Source: Methanobacteriales archaeon HGW-Methanobacteriales-1
GTDB taxonomy: Archaea > Methanobacteriota > Methanobacteria > Methanobacteriales > Methanobacteriaceae
Reading direction: 5' to 3'
Assembly (NCBI GenBank): GCA_002839705.1
Contig: PGYO01000012.1
Span: 2,909 to 34,908 of the forward strand
Length of the DNA stretch: 32,000 bases
This document shows positions 10,558-19,957 of the stretch, piece by piece. Each line of letters starts with the position of its first letter. The first letter of the stretch is position 1. The position numbers were made by a program, and so were the translations under genes. The notes under the pieces are model-generated. The model saw only the letters and a program-made list of their open reading frames with translations. It was not told the origin of the DNA and did no database searches.

Positions 10558-12387
10558 ATGCGCGTACTTTTAATTCATTCTGATTATTTAAAGTATCAAA
10601 CCAAGTCTAAAACGAAAATAGCTGAAAAAATAGACGATGAAAAGAAAAAAGGATCATTTGAAAATTCTCTGGTAGCTTTCACTGCTGTAGAAAAAGAAGA
10701 TGAATCAGATATTAATGGTGTAGTAGAAAACGCTGTAAAAGAAATAGCGGATGTTTTCTCTAAAGTAGGAGCCGAAAATGTGGTAGTTTACCCCTATGCT
10801 CACCTAAGTTCTTCATTAAGTTCTCCTGATGCAGCTAAAAAAGTTCTGATTGAAATAGAATCTGAACTGGCTGAAATGGATATAAAAGTGGCCAGAGTTC
10901 CCTTTGGATGGTACAAATCCTTTGAAGTATCCTGCAAAGGACACCCATTATCTGAACTTTCCCGTACCATAACTTCTCAAAAAACCGAGGAAAACGAGAA
11001 GGAAAAAGGAGAAGAATCCAAATGGTACATTTTGGATGAAGGCCAGCTTATTGCTCCGGAAGAATTCGACTTCCACAATAAGGACCTGGAGCAACTGACC
11101 AAATATGAGCTAGGAAAATCAGAATCATCTGGTGAAGAACCACCTCACGTTAAATTAATGAAAGAAAAGGGACTGGCAGATTATGAGCCTTCTGCTGATG
11201 TAGGACACCTTAGATGGTATCCTAAAGGTCGCTTAATAAGAGATCTGCTAGCAGACTATGTTTATTTACTGGTAACCAAAGAGGGAGCCATGCCGGTGGA
11301 AACTCCAATCATGTATGATCTGGCTGATGATGCTATTCGAGTACATGCCGAGAAATTTGGAGAAAGACAGTACCGACTGGGCCACAAGAAAAAAGAACTT
11401 ATGCTCAGATACGCCTGCTGTTTTGGTGCCTTTAGAGTATTATCTGATTCTTTCCTGACCTGGAAGAATTTACCTGCCCGGATTTATGAACTTTCTACTT
11501 ACAGTTTCCGTATGGAGAAAAAAGGGGAAGTTGTGGGACTTAAAAGGCTTCGTGGATTCACTATGCCGGATTTACACACAGTGTGCCGGGATTTAGCCCA
11601 ATCACTGGTGGAATTTGACCGTCAGATAGATCTCTGTATGCAAACTGGTGAGGACTTCAATGTTAATTATGAAGTTATTTTCCGGGCCACTCAGGATTTT
11701 TATGATGAGTACAAAGAGTGGATGCATGCTTCTGCTCAAAAAATTGGAAAACCAGTTCTTCTAGAAATTTTACCAGAGAGAAAAAACTACTGGATTTCTA
11801 AAATGGATTTTGCCGCCATAGATTATCTGGGAAGGCCTATAGAGAATCCCACTGTACAGATTGATGTGGAAAGTGGAGAAAGATTCGATATAACTTTCCT
11901 GGAAGAGAATGAAAAAGAAGATTATCCAATAATTCTTCATTGCAGTCCTACTGGAAGTATTGAACGTGTAATTTGCAGTTTGCTGGAAAAAACAGCGGTT
12001 GAAATGGATAAAAAGCCTCCAATGTTGCCAGTTTGGCTTTCCCCTACTCAGGTGAGAATACTGCCTATTGCAGAGCGACATATGGATTATGCTCTGGAAC
12101 TAGCTCGGGAATTAAAGGATCAAAATGTTCGGGTAGATGTGGATGACCGGCCTGAAAGAGTAGGTAAGAAAATCAGAAATGCTGCCACTGATTGGGTGCC
12201 TTATGTGGCTGTTATTGGTGATAATGAATTGGAAAGTGAAGAATTAACCATTAACATTCGTGAAACTCAGGAAAAACAAGCTATGACTAGAGAAGATCTG
12301 GTAAAATTAGTTAAAGAAGAAACTAATGATATGCCATTTAGGGCTCTGCCAATGCCTTTAAAGTTGTCTGAGAGAATAAATTTCTAA
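10558..12387 (+). CDS. thrS: threonine--tRNA ligase, archaeal type with N-terminal editing domain
   Basis: 609 aa. It has an [10 protein letters not shown]... N-terminal archaeal ThrRS editing domain, a class II catalytic core ([11 protein letters not shown]) and a C-terminal anticodon-binding domain. GAAGGTGAT precedes the ATG. Confidence 0.95.
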   Translation: MRVLLIHSDYLKYQTKSKTKIAEKIDDEKKKGSFENSLVAFTAVEKEDESDINGVVENAVKEIADVFSKVGAENVVVYPYAHLSSSLSSPDAAKKVLIEIESELAEMDIKVARVPFGWYKSFEVSCKGHPLSELSRTITSQKTEENEKEKGEESKWYILDEGQLIAPEEFDFHNKDLEQLTKYELGKSESSGEEPPHVKLMKEKGLADYEPSADVGHLRWYPKGRLIRDLLADYVYLLVTKEGAMPVETPIMYDLADDAIRVHAEKFGERQYRLGHKKKELMLRYACCFGAFRVLSDSFLTWKNLPARIYELSTYSFRMEKKGEVVGLKRLRGFTMPDLHTVCRDLAQSLVEFDRQIDLCMQTGEDFNVNYEVIFRATQDFYDEYKEWMHASAQKIGKPVLLEILPERKNYWISKMDFAAIDYLGRPIENPTVQIDVESGERFDITFLEENEKEDYPIILHCSPTGSIERVICSLLEKTAVEMDKKPPMLPVWLSPTQVRILPIAERHMDYALELARELKDQNVRVDVDDRPERVGKKIRNAATDWVPYVAVIGDNELESEELTINIRETQEKQAMTREDLVKLVKEETNDMPFRALPMPLKLSERINF

Positions 12388-12394
12388 ATAATTT

Positions 12395-12447
12395 TAAATC
12401 AGATCACTTTATCTGATTTACTTCCTTTATTCAATTTTTTTTATTTT
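12395..12447 (+). terminator. hairpin plus oligo-T terminator after thrS
   Basis: A perfect 10-bp inverted repeat (TAAATCAGAT at 12395-12404 and ATCTGATTTA at 12411-12420) encloses a 6-nt loop. A T8 run follows at 12435-12442. Confidence 0.55.
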
Positions 12448-12541
12448 AAAATAGTTATTTAATAGATTATATTTTTTATTTTATACTCAATTAATTCTTA
12501 TTTTGAGTGTTTTCACTTAGAATCATCTTTAACCAAAATAA

Positions 12542-12562
12542 TTATAACTTATAACTTATAAT
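12542..12562. repeat. array of 3 tandem 7-bp units (TTATAAC TTATAAC TTATAAT)
   Basis: Read directly from the sequence. It lies 107-127 bp upstream of the parA-like start codon. Confidence 0.8.
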
Positions 12563-12668
12563 TAAATATATTAAATAATATTAATATAGATAAAGGGACT
12601 TTAAATATGTGAAAGATGTTAATTTATTCTCATAAATATTTAATAACAATCTGTGGGAGGGTTTTTTT

Positions 12669-13439
12669 ATGGGAGAAGTAATTTCAATAATTAATCAAAA
12701 AGGTGGCTGTGGAAAAACAACCACTGCTGTGAACTTATCAACTGCACTAGCCCTTATGGATAAAAAGGTTCTGGTAATAGATTTAGACCCACAAGGTAAT
12801 GCTACAACTGGTTTTGGAATTCAAAAAGGCGAACTGGAAAATACTATTTACACTGTGTTGAGCAGGCAAAATAACATGGAAGAAGTAATGATTCCTACTA
12901 TTTTAGATGATTTGTACATTGTCCCCAGTAATATTTCACTTAGTGGAGCTGAAGTAGAACTTAGTAGAGAGATTGGATATCATTCTATTCTTCAAGATGC
13001 TATAAAAAGTGTAAAGGGAATGTTTGATTATATTTTAATTGATGTTCCCCCGTCTCTTGGCATACTCACCCTAAATGCACTTGTGGCATCAGATAGTGTT
13101 ATCATTCCTATTCAGGCGGAATATTATGCTTTGGAAGGAATGGCTGACTTATTAAAAACTATAAATCTTGTTGAAGAGCGTTTAAAGACTTCAGCTAACA
13201 TTAAGGGTATTCTAATTACTTTATATGATTCTAGGACACGCTTAGCCAGAGATGTTCACCAAGAGGTAAAGAAATATTTTGGTGAGGAAGAATACATATT
13301 TAAAACTACAATTCCTCGTAATGTTCGTTTGGCAGAGGCACCTAGCTATGGAAAACCATGTATATTATATGATCAGGAAAGTGCAGGCACTACTGCCTAT
13401 TTAAAACTGGCTCAGGAACTCATTAACCGGGATGGTTAA
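12669..13439 (+). CDS. parA: ParA/Soj-family partition ATPase
   Basis: Deviant Walker A NQKGGCGKTTT. The protein is colinear end to end with chromosomal Soj proteins as I recall them (DLDPQGNAT, IDVPPSLG, IPIQAEYYALEG, TIPRNVRLAEAPSYGKP). GGGAGGG precedes the ATG. Confidence 0.92.
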   Translation: MGEVISIINQKGGCGKTTTAVNLSTALALMDKKVLVIDLDPQGNATTGFGIQKGELENTIYTVLSRQNNMEEVMIPTILDDLYIVPSNISLSGAEVELSREIGYHSILQDAIKSVKGMFDYILIDVPPSLGILTLNALVASDSVIIPIQAEYYALEGMADLLKTINLVEERLKTSANIKGILITLYDSRTRLARDVHQEVKKYFGEEEYIFKTTIPRNVRLAEAPSYGKPCILYDQESAGTTAYLKLAQELINRDG

Positions 13440-13944
13440 TATGGCCCGTCGTAAATCTCCACCATCAAAAAGCGCTGGCCTGGGAATGGGCCTGGATGCT
13501 TTGATTAAGGCCAAAACCCGGGATGAGAATAATGAAATTGAAGAAAATCAACTAAAAAATGGTTCTGATGAAAATGAAATAACTGAAGATTCTGATGACA
13601 TTAAAGTTTTTAAATCACAGGAATCTAAAAAATCTGTTTCCAAACCTTCTGATAGTGCAGCATCCAAAGCTGAAAAGTCAAATAAATCTTTAATTTCAAA
13701 ATCAACAACTACCAATGATGTAAACGAATCAGCTTCTGCTGAAACTCAGAGAATAAATATTGTGATTAGTGATGTTAAAAAGAATCCACGAATTACTTTA
13801 TGGTCTTCTCGCTCGGCAGCAGTTTTAAGATATCTCAAAAAAACACAGCCTGAGTTTAGTATTAGTAAAGAAGCATCTAAATTAATTGAAGAATCAGTAA
13901 AAGAGAAATATCCTGAGATCTGGGATCTTTTTGATGACTTATAA
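13432..13944 (+). CDS. ParA-partner adaptor candidate: ParB-like N-terminal peptide, acidic/Ser-rich linker and a possible ribbon-helix-helix C-terminus
   Basis: The start is either ATG 13432, overlapping the parA stop (13437-13439), or ATG 13441, 1 nt after it. The N-terminus MARRKSPPSKSAGLGMGLDALIKAK resembles the ParB/Spo0J N-terminal GLGxGLxAL peptide. No ParB/Srx or HTH domain is present. The tail PRITLWSSRSAAVLRYLKKTQPEFSISKEASKLIEESVKEKY fits a strand-helix-helix pattern. Confidence 0.7.
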   Translation: MVNMARRKSPPSKSAGLGMGLDALIKAKTRDENNEIEENQLKNGSDENEITEDSDDIKVFKSQESKKSVSKPSDSAASKAEKSNKSLISKSTTTNDVNESASAETQRINIVISDVKKNPRITLWSSRSAAVLRYLKKTQPEFSISKEASKLIEESVKEKYPEIWDLFDDL

Positions 13945-13984
13945 TTATTTTTTTAGATTTCTTTAATTTTTTTCTAAATTTTTA

Positions 13985-14019
13985 TTATAAGTTATAACTT
14001 CTAACTTATATGTTATAAT
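13985..14019. repeat. array of 5 tandem 7-bp units (TTATAAG TTATAAC TTCTAAC TTATATG TTATAAT)
   Basis: Read directly from the sequence. It starts 41 bp after the stop of the adaptor gene and contains the 12-bp perfect palindrome AAGTTATAACTT. Confidence 0.8.
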
Positions 14020-14109
14020 AAATTTTTTTGTTTATATAAATTTAAATATGATCTTAAATATCATTTAAGAAATATAAATTAAAAATAAGAATATTTATTA
14101 ATCATTTAT

Positions 14110-15276
14110 TTAACTAAACATGTCTAAAGGTGTTTGATACATACCTTTAAGCTTTATAAATGGTTCAGCACGTTTTACTGCAACACCTAGCTTTTTTAAT
14201 TCTTCTAACTTAGTAAATTGATGCTTTTTACGTATGGCAATAATTTTTCGAGCTGAAATAGTTCCAATTCCAGGGACTCGGATTAAATCACGATATGGGG
14301 CCTGATTGATTTCTACAGGAAAAATATCCATTGCTCGGGCAGCAGAATGCTTTGGATCTTCGTCTACATCTAAAAGTCCATTGTCATGAAAAATAAGCTC
14401 TTCTAACTTAAAATTATATGAATTTAAAAGTGCATCGGCTTGATAAAGTCTATTGGACCTATTATGATGGGGTTCTTCTCTGGATTGCAGAGGGGTATCT
14501 TCTAAAGGTTTGAAAGCACTAAAATAACTTCTTTTAACATCTAACTTATCATAAAGCCATTTGACTCTATTTAAAATATCTTCATCCGTTTCATCAGTGG
14601 CCCCTACAATCATCTGAGTGGTCTGGCCCGAAGGAGCATAAAGTGGATCTTTATTATGGATATTTTTTATCCATTTTAAACGACGCATAATGTCTTTTTG
14701 ATAGTCTTTGGTGCTGGAAAGTTCTGCCAGACCATCTGGAGTTGCGGCCTCAATATTAACACTGACTCGATTGGCCAAGCCCATGGCCCTTTTAATGAGG
14801 TCTTTTGATGAACCTGGAAGAATTTTAAGGTGTATATATCCAGAATAACCATGTTCTAATCTTAAAAGTCTAGCCACTTCCACTACTTTTTCCATGGAGA
14901 TGTCTATGTCTCCAGAAATTCCAGAACTTAAAAATAACCCTTCCACATATTTGTTTTGATAATAATTCAAGAAAACACGGGTTAATTCTTCAGGACTGAG
15001 CTCCATTCTGGTGAAATTTCGTTTACTATGATTCACACAGTACTTACAATCATTAATGCACTTATTAGTCATTAAAACCTTGAATAATGGGACTTGACAT
15101 CCTCCACTAACTGTACTGTAGTAAATTCCAGGTAAATTCGGTTTCGACTTAGTCTGATGATTTACATAATCACAGAGATCAAACTGGGCAGTATCACTCA
15201 GGACCTGCATTTTACGCATGGTATTCATTGAATAATTATTTGTTTGGATAACTATAATTGTCTTATGGTAGGCCAT
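14110..15276 (-). CDS. radical SAM protein with C-terminal helix-hairpin-helix (putative DNA modification/repair radical SAM family)
   Basis: CxxxCxxC in CINDCKYCVNH, plus VEGLFLSSGI and RLLRLEHGYSGYIHLKILPG blocks. C-terminal HhH IRVPGIGTISARKIIAIRK. The true start is probably internal (MRKMQVLSDTAQFDLC). Confidence 0.82.
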   Translation of the reverse strand: MAYHKTIIVIQTNNYSMNTMRKMQVLSDTAQFDLCDYVNHQTKSKPNLPGIYYSTVSGGCQVPLFKVLMTNKCINDCKYCVNHSKRNFTRMELSPEELTRVFLNYYQNKYVEGLFLSSGISGDIDISMEKVVEVARLLRLEHGYSGYIHLKILPGSSKDLIKRAMGLANRVSVNIEAATPDGLAELSSTKDYQKDIMRRLKWIKNIHNKDPLYAPSGQTTQMIVGATDETDEDILNRVKWLYDKLDVKRSYFSAFKPLEDTPLQSREEPHHNRSNRLYQADALLNSYNFKLEELIFHDNGLLDVDEDPKHSAARAMDIFPVEINQAPYRDLIRVPGIGTISARKIIAIRKKHQFTKLEELKKLGVAVKRAEPFIKLKGMYQTPLDMFS

Positions 15277-16168
15277 CTGAAAACTATTAAATTAATTGAA
15301 TGTTGGTATGAGATATAACTTTAAATTCAGAATTTTCTTAAAATGACTTTATTTTGGTCAAAACAAGATAGTATTGAATTTTTTTAAAATTAAAATATTT
15401 CTGAAATTTAATATAAATTCATTTTAATATCTAAAAATACATTTAAACATTTTTAAGATGAATTAAATTATTTAATGGTCCTTTTTTTAAAAAATCATTT
15501 ATAAAATTCTTTTACTTTAAAAGTAACATGATAATGCATTTTCGATGTTAAAACCGACCATTTGACCATATTTAAATTGGATTTAAGTAAGGGGAGTAAG
15601 TATAAAACTAAATAAGAAGTCTTTTTTTACAAAAAGAGTATAATACATGGTCTTAGACCGAAATTCTATTTCATGTCAATATTAAACAACTTTTTTTAAA
15701 TAAGTTTTTAAAGCCCTTTAAAAGAAAAAAAGAGCCTCAAAACTTCTTTTTTCTTAATTTTTAACCAAAACCTTTATATCAATGTCAACATCATTAGCAA
15801 TTGTCCAGAAGTGGAAGGTCATGTCCTGAAGGTATGTGGGTATGCAGTAACTGTGATGCGGATTTTTGTCTGTTTCATGGAAAATCTCATGTAACCAAAG
15901 TTAAATACTTAAAAAAAGCTTAGACTTAAATTTAGGATAGAGAAATTCTATTATATTTTTATTTTTATATTCTAAATTAAATTCTTTTTTACTTTTTCTA
16001 TTCACTTCATAATTTTATATTAGTAATTTTAAAACTGAATAATAGTTTAAATTATATTCATTTCCATTTCCATTTCATTGAATTGTATATTTTTGTACAC
16101 GGTCAACTATTAATTAATTATCAATATTAGGATCAATATTTAAATAAAATGTGAGTTGATTATAGACT

Positions 16169-17527
16169 ATGAGAATAGTATTGGCAGGTACTGGAAGTGC
16201 TGTGGGGAAAACTACAATTTCCACGGGTATAATGAAAGCATTATCCGAAGAAACTAAGATCCAACCATTTAAGGTAGGACCGGATTATATTGATCCTACT
16301 TATCACACCCTGGCCACAGGAAACAGGTCCCGTAATTTAGATTCATTTTTCATGTCTGATGGACAAATAAGGGGGGCCTTTGAAAGGGCCATGTCCATCA
16401 CGGGCTCAAAGATGGGTATTATTGAAGGAGTTCGAGGTCTTTATGAAGGAATCAGCCCTACAGGGGATGTAGGAAACACGGCTTCTGTAGCTAAAGCTTT
16501 GAATTCTCCGGTTATTTTAATTTTAAATGCTAGAAGTCTGGTAAAAAGTGCAGCTGCGGTAGTTCTGGGATTTAAATCCTTAGATCCTGAGATAAAGATT
16601 GAAGGAGTAATTTTAAACCAGGTGAAAAATCAACGTCATTATTTGAAAGCTAAAGAAGCTGTGGAAAAACTGACCAATACTCAAGTAATTGGTGGCATAC
16701 CTAGGAGCGATTCTTTGACTGTAGAGCAAAGACACCTGGGACTGGTCCCTGCGGTTGAAAGGGAAAATTTACTAGGATTTATAGAAAAATGGGGCCAGGT
16801 AGTCAGTGAAAATATAGATTTAGATGCTTTAAAAGGTATCATGAAAAATGCCGGAAAAATTTCGCCAAATCGAGAAGAACTTTGGAAAAAAGAAAATACT
16901 AAAAAAGTGAAAATAGCTGTGGCCCTGGATGAAATTTTTACATTTTATTATCAGGAAAATTTAGAAGCTTTAGAAGATAACCATGCTCAAATAGTCCCTT
17001 TCAGCCCTTATCATGACGAAGAACTTCCTGATGTGGATGCGCTTTATATAGGTGGGGGTTATCCTGAGATATTTTCTAAAGAACTGGAAAAAAATCATTC
17101 CATGCGTCACGACATTAAAAAGTTTCATTTAGATGAAAGGCCAATTTATGGTGAATGCGGCGGTTTAATGTACCTTACAAACTCTATTAATGGATATAAA
17201 ATGTGTGAGGTATTTCCTTATCCTTCTCTAATGACTGATAAAGTTCAGGGATTAAGTTATGTCATTTCTGAGGCCCAGAAAGACAATATAATATCTAAAA
17301 AAGGAGATGTCTATCGGGGTCACGAATTTCACTACTCTAAAGTAGATATTAATGCAAACCCTAATATTAAACCTGAATTTGCTTTTAAAATTCTTCGAGG
17401 AAGGGGGATTATAGATTCAAAGGATGGAATAATGTCTAAAAATACTGTGGCCAGCTATGTACATACTCATGCTGCGGCATGTCAAGGGTTTGCTTCCAAT
17501 TTTACTAGAAATGCTTGGGAAATTTAG
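16169..17527 (+). CDS. a,c-diamide synthase of the CbiA/CfbB family (cobyrinate or Ni-sirohydrochlorin amidase)
   Basis: 452 aa with the N-terminal P-loop [12 protein letters not shown] and a C-terminal glutamine amidotransferase Cys in [11 protein letters not shown]. The sequence alone does not let me separate the B12 (CbiA) function from the F430 (CfbB) function. Confidence 0.85.
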   Translation: MRIVLAGTGSAVGKTTISTGIMKALSEETKIQPFKVGPDYIDPTYHTLATGNRSRNLDSFFMSDGQIRGAFERAMSITGSKMGIIEGVRGLYEGISPTGDVGNTASVAKALNSPVILILNARSLVKSAAAVVLGFKSLDPEIKIEGVILNQVKNQRHYLKAKEAVEKLTNTQVIGGIPRSDSLTVEQRHLGLVPAVERENLLGFIEKWGQVVSENIDLDALKGIMKNAGKISPNREELWKKENTKKVKIAVALDEIFTFYYQENLEALEDNHAQIVPFSPYHDEELPDVDALYIGGGYPEIFSKELEKNHSMRHDIKKFHLDERPIYGECGGLMYLTNSINGYKMCEVFPYPSLMTDKVQGLSYVISEAQKDNIISKKGDVYRGHEFHYSKVDINANPNIKPEFAFKILRGRGIIDSKDGIMSKNTVASYVHTHAAACQGFASNFTRNAWEI

Positions 17528-17612
17528 AAACAGGAATTGCTTGATTGATGCTATTTAACCTATTAACCTTCTAACTGCACGTTTATTTATAAATAATGTC
17601 AAGGCTGATAAT

Positions 17613-18881
17613 ATGAACTTAACTAATAAAATTGACGTATTTTCTCCGTATTTAATTATCTTTGCCATATTTTTGTACGTATTATTCGGTTTCATAGGAT
17701 TTTATTATAAAATAAGAGGATTAGAAGCACCTTCCATGGGTGTTTATTTATATATTTTATTTGGCTGCTGTTTTTTCATTGTAGGGATAATTTTTCCTAA
17801 GATGTTTTACAAATTCAATTTTAAAAGCTTTAAAACATTAAATAACTTTTTAAATTACCTATATTCACAAAAAGAATATTTAAAAAAGAATTTTAATCAA
17901 AATAAATCTGCAGATAAATCCCTTAATATTGAAAAAAAATTTTTTAAAAATTTTTCTCGTCTGGAGATAGTAATTTTATTTATAGTTCTCTTGGGGTTAT
18001 CTCTCCAAGCCATTAATCTCCTTTATTCTGGGGGTATTCCTCTTTTAAGCGGTTATCTAAAGGCCAAAGCGGTAACTAAAATATGGATAGTTTCTTATCT
18101 CTTGTTTTTACCAGGAATAAATATTTTATTGGCCCGATTCAATCGGAGCTATTATTATATTCTATTTATATTAGGAATAGGCATTTTCGCCTTGACCGGT
18201 TATAGAACCACAACTATAGTTATAATTTTAAGTGTTTTCATCACTCTATATTACACTCGAAAATTCTCTAAAAATCTTAAATGGATATATTTCGCTATTT
18301 TCATTATTGGTCTGGTGGGAATAGGCCTTTTAGTTGGATATATCTCTGCTAAATCTATTGAATGGCAAACCTGGACTTTAAATCCATTTGAATTATTTTT
18401 TTACCGGGCAGGATATACCTTGACTGTTTTTAACACATTGCTTGGAATGCAAGGGGCTACTCATGGTTCACTAGCTTATTATTCACTCATGGGATTTTTC
18501 CAGTCAGCTGATCCACGGGCTATTGTAGGAGAAGTGGTTCTCGGATACAAACACTCTGCCACATCAACTATATTTGGCCCGGCCCTCTTGGACTTTGGAG
18601 CCCTTGCTCTGGCCCTGCAAATGTTCTTTATAGGTTTGGTTCTTAAATTAATGCACTTAATTCAAAAAGCAAAAAAAGGAATTTTTACAGCATTTTATGC
18701 TATAATATTGGCCCAAACACTGGTATGGATTGAAACAGGCCCTACAGATCTGGTAGTATGGATATTCTATCTCATTTCCATTATTTTGACTTTATATGCT
18801 TATTTAGAATATAGGAGTTATATGAAAAGACATGAACTAGAAGAAGTGATGGAAAAGGACATGAAGAGGGAAGAACCATGA
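17613..18881 (+). CDS. polytopic membrane protein, Wzy/oligosaccharide-repeat-unit-polymerase-like (tentative)
   Basis: 422 aa with about 10 or more hydrophobic segments. Basic loops include GYRTT and YTRKFSK. A larger loop spans roughly aa 245-320. The stop overlaps the next gene's start (ATGA at 18878-18881). Confidence 0.45.
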   Translation: MNLTNKIDVFSPYLIIFAIFLYVLFGFIGFYYKIRGLEAPSMGVYLYILFGCCFFIVGIIFPKMFYKFNFKSFKTLNNFLNYLYSQKEYLKKNFNQNKSADKSLNIEKKFFKNFSRLEIVILFIVLLGLSLQAINLLYSGGIPLLSGYLKAKAVTKIWIVSYLLFLPGINILLARFNRSYYYILFILGIGIFALTGYRTTTIVIILSVFITLYYTRKFSKNLKWIYFAIFIIGLVGIGLLVGYISAKSIEWQTWTLNPFELFFYRAGYTLTVFNTLLGMQGATHGSLAYYSLMGFFQSADPRAIVGEVVLGYKHSATSTIFGPALLDFGALALALQMFFIGLVLKLMHLIQKAKKGIFTAFYAIILAQTLVWIETGPTDLVVWIFYLISIILTLYAYLEYRSYMKRHELEEVMEKDMKREEP

Positions 18882-19957
18882 AAATTGCAGTGGCTGCTGA
18901 GTTAGCTCCTGTTAAAACTATAATTCCTGTCCTTGAAAAATTAAATGCTGAAATCATTGGATTGGCCCATGGAAACGGTGCAGAAGAACTTCTAACACCC
19001 TATTGTTCTGAAATTTATTCTATTGGCCAGGGTCGTGGGGCAGGGGCCCGAAAAAGATCCAATTCAAAAATTGGATATTTAGTAATGAAAGACATCTTAA
19101 AAACAGTGCAAGCCATACGGGGAAACGGAATAGACTTACTAATCACCTGTGGGAATGCAGGGGATGTTAGAAAAGGACTTTCGGCGGCTAATTTACTTAA
19201 AATACCCACTTTACATATTGAACAGGATATTTACAATCCTATTGAAATGATTGCATTTGCTGATGTAGTTACTGCACCTTCTCAGGAATATAAAAACTAT
19301 TTAAAGAATGAATATGCCATAAAAAATATAAAAAATATTGGTGGATATCCTATGGCATCATTTGTAGATAAAATGAGGCTAATGGATAAAAATAAATTAA
19401 AAGACGCTTATGGTGTTGATGAATTCATTTTAGTGGCCCTAGGTGGAGATTTAAAAAGTGAACAAATCCCAGAATTAATAAGAATCATTGAATCCTTAGA
19501 TAAGACCACTTTAATTGCCCCTTTCAGATTTGAAAGGAATTATGTAAAAAGTTTAATATCTCCTCACATATCTTCTAAAATAAAAGTTTTAGATGGTTTT
19601 GTTGATCTTCCCAGTATTATGAATGCTTCTGATTTGCTAATCTATGGGGCTGGAATGGGAATAACCATTGAAGCTGGAGTTTTAAGGGTTCCATCTATTA
19701 AAATCGCAGGATTCCATACTAAACATGCCAGTGTTGACTTGGCCAGAGAATTGGGTATTGGTGTAGTAAAATTGGAAAATATTCCCTATGAAATTGGTAA
19801 TGTTCAACTGTCCGATGGCCTGAAAATGGTAAAAAATGCTGAAAAATCCGTTGACAGTTTATTGAGTATTATTAATAATTTTGAAGATTTAAAAAAATCT
19901 AAGAGTGGTTTTATAAGTTTAAAAAAGATTTGGAATGCCCGGTCAGAATTTAGATAG
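18878..19957 (+). CDS. GT-B fold, MurG/GT28-like glycosyltransferase-like protein (divergent)
   Basis: GIDLLITCGNAGDVRKGLSAANLLKIPTLHIEQD parallels E. coli MurG [32 protein letters not shown] (from memory). FILVALGGDLKSE parallels VLVVGGSQGAR. ASDLLIYGAGMGITIEAGVLRVPSIKI parallels [27 protein letters not shown]. The N-terminal GGTGGH loop is absent. Confidence 0.55.
   Translation: MKIAVAAELAPVKTIIPVLEKLNAEIIGLAHGNGAEELLTPYCSEIYSIGQGRGAGARKRSNSKIGYLVMKDILKTVQAIRGNGIDLLITCGNAGDVRKGLSAANLLKIPTLHIEQDIYNPIEMIAFADVVTAPSQEYKNYLKNEYAIKNIKNIGGYPMASFVDKMRLMDKNKLKDAYGVDEFILVALGGDLKSEQIPELIRIIESLDKTTLIAPFRFERNYVKSLISPHISSKIKVLDGFVDLPSIMNASDLLIYGAGMGITIEAGVLRVPSIKIAGFHTKHASVDLARELGIGVVKLENIPYEIGNVQLSDGLKMVKNAEKSVDSLLSIINNFEDLKKSKSGFISLKKIWNARSEFR

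Noticed and set aside
15277-16168. Replication origin next to the parA-like cassette
   Set aside because: The region is AT-rich and large. I found only one ORB-like dyad (TCCAGAAGTGGA at 15804-15815, inside the mini-ORF), no repeated ORB elements and no adjacent cdc6/orc1 gene.
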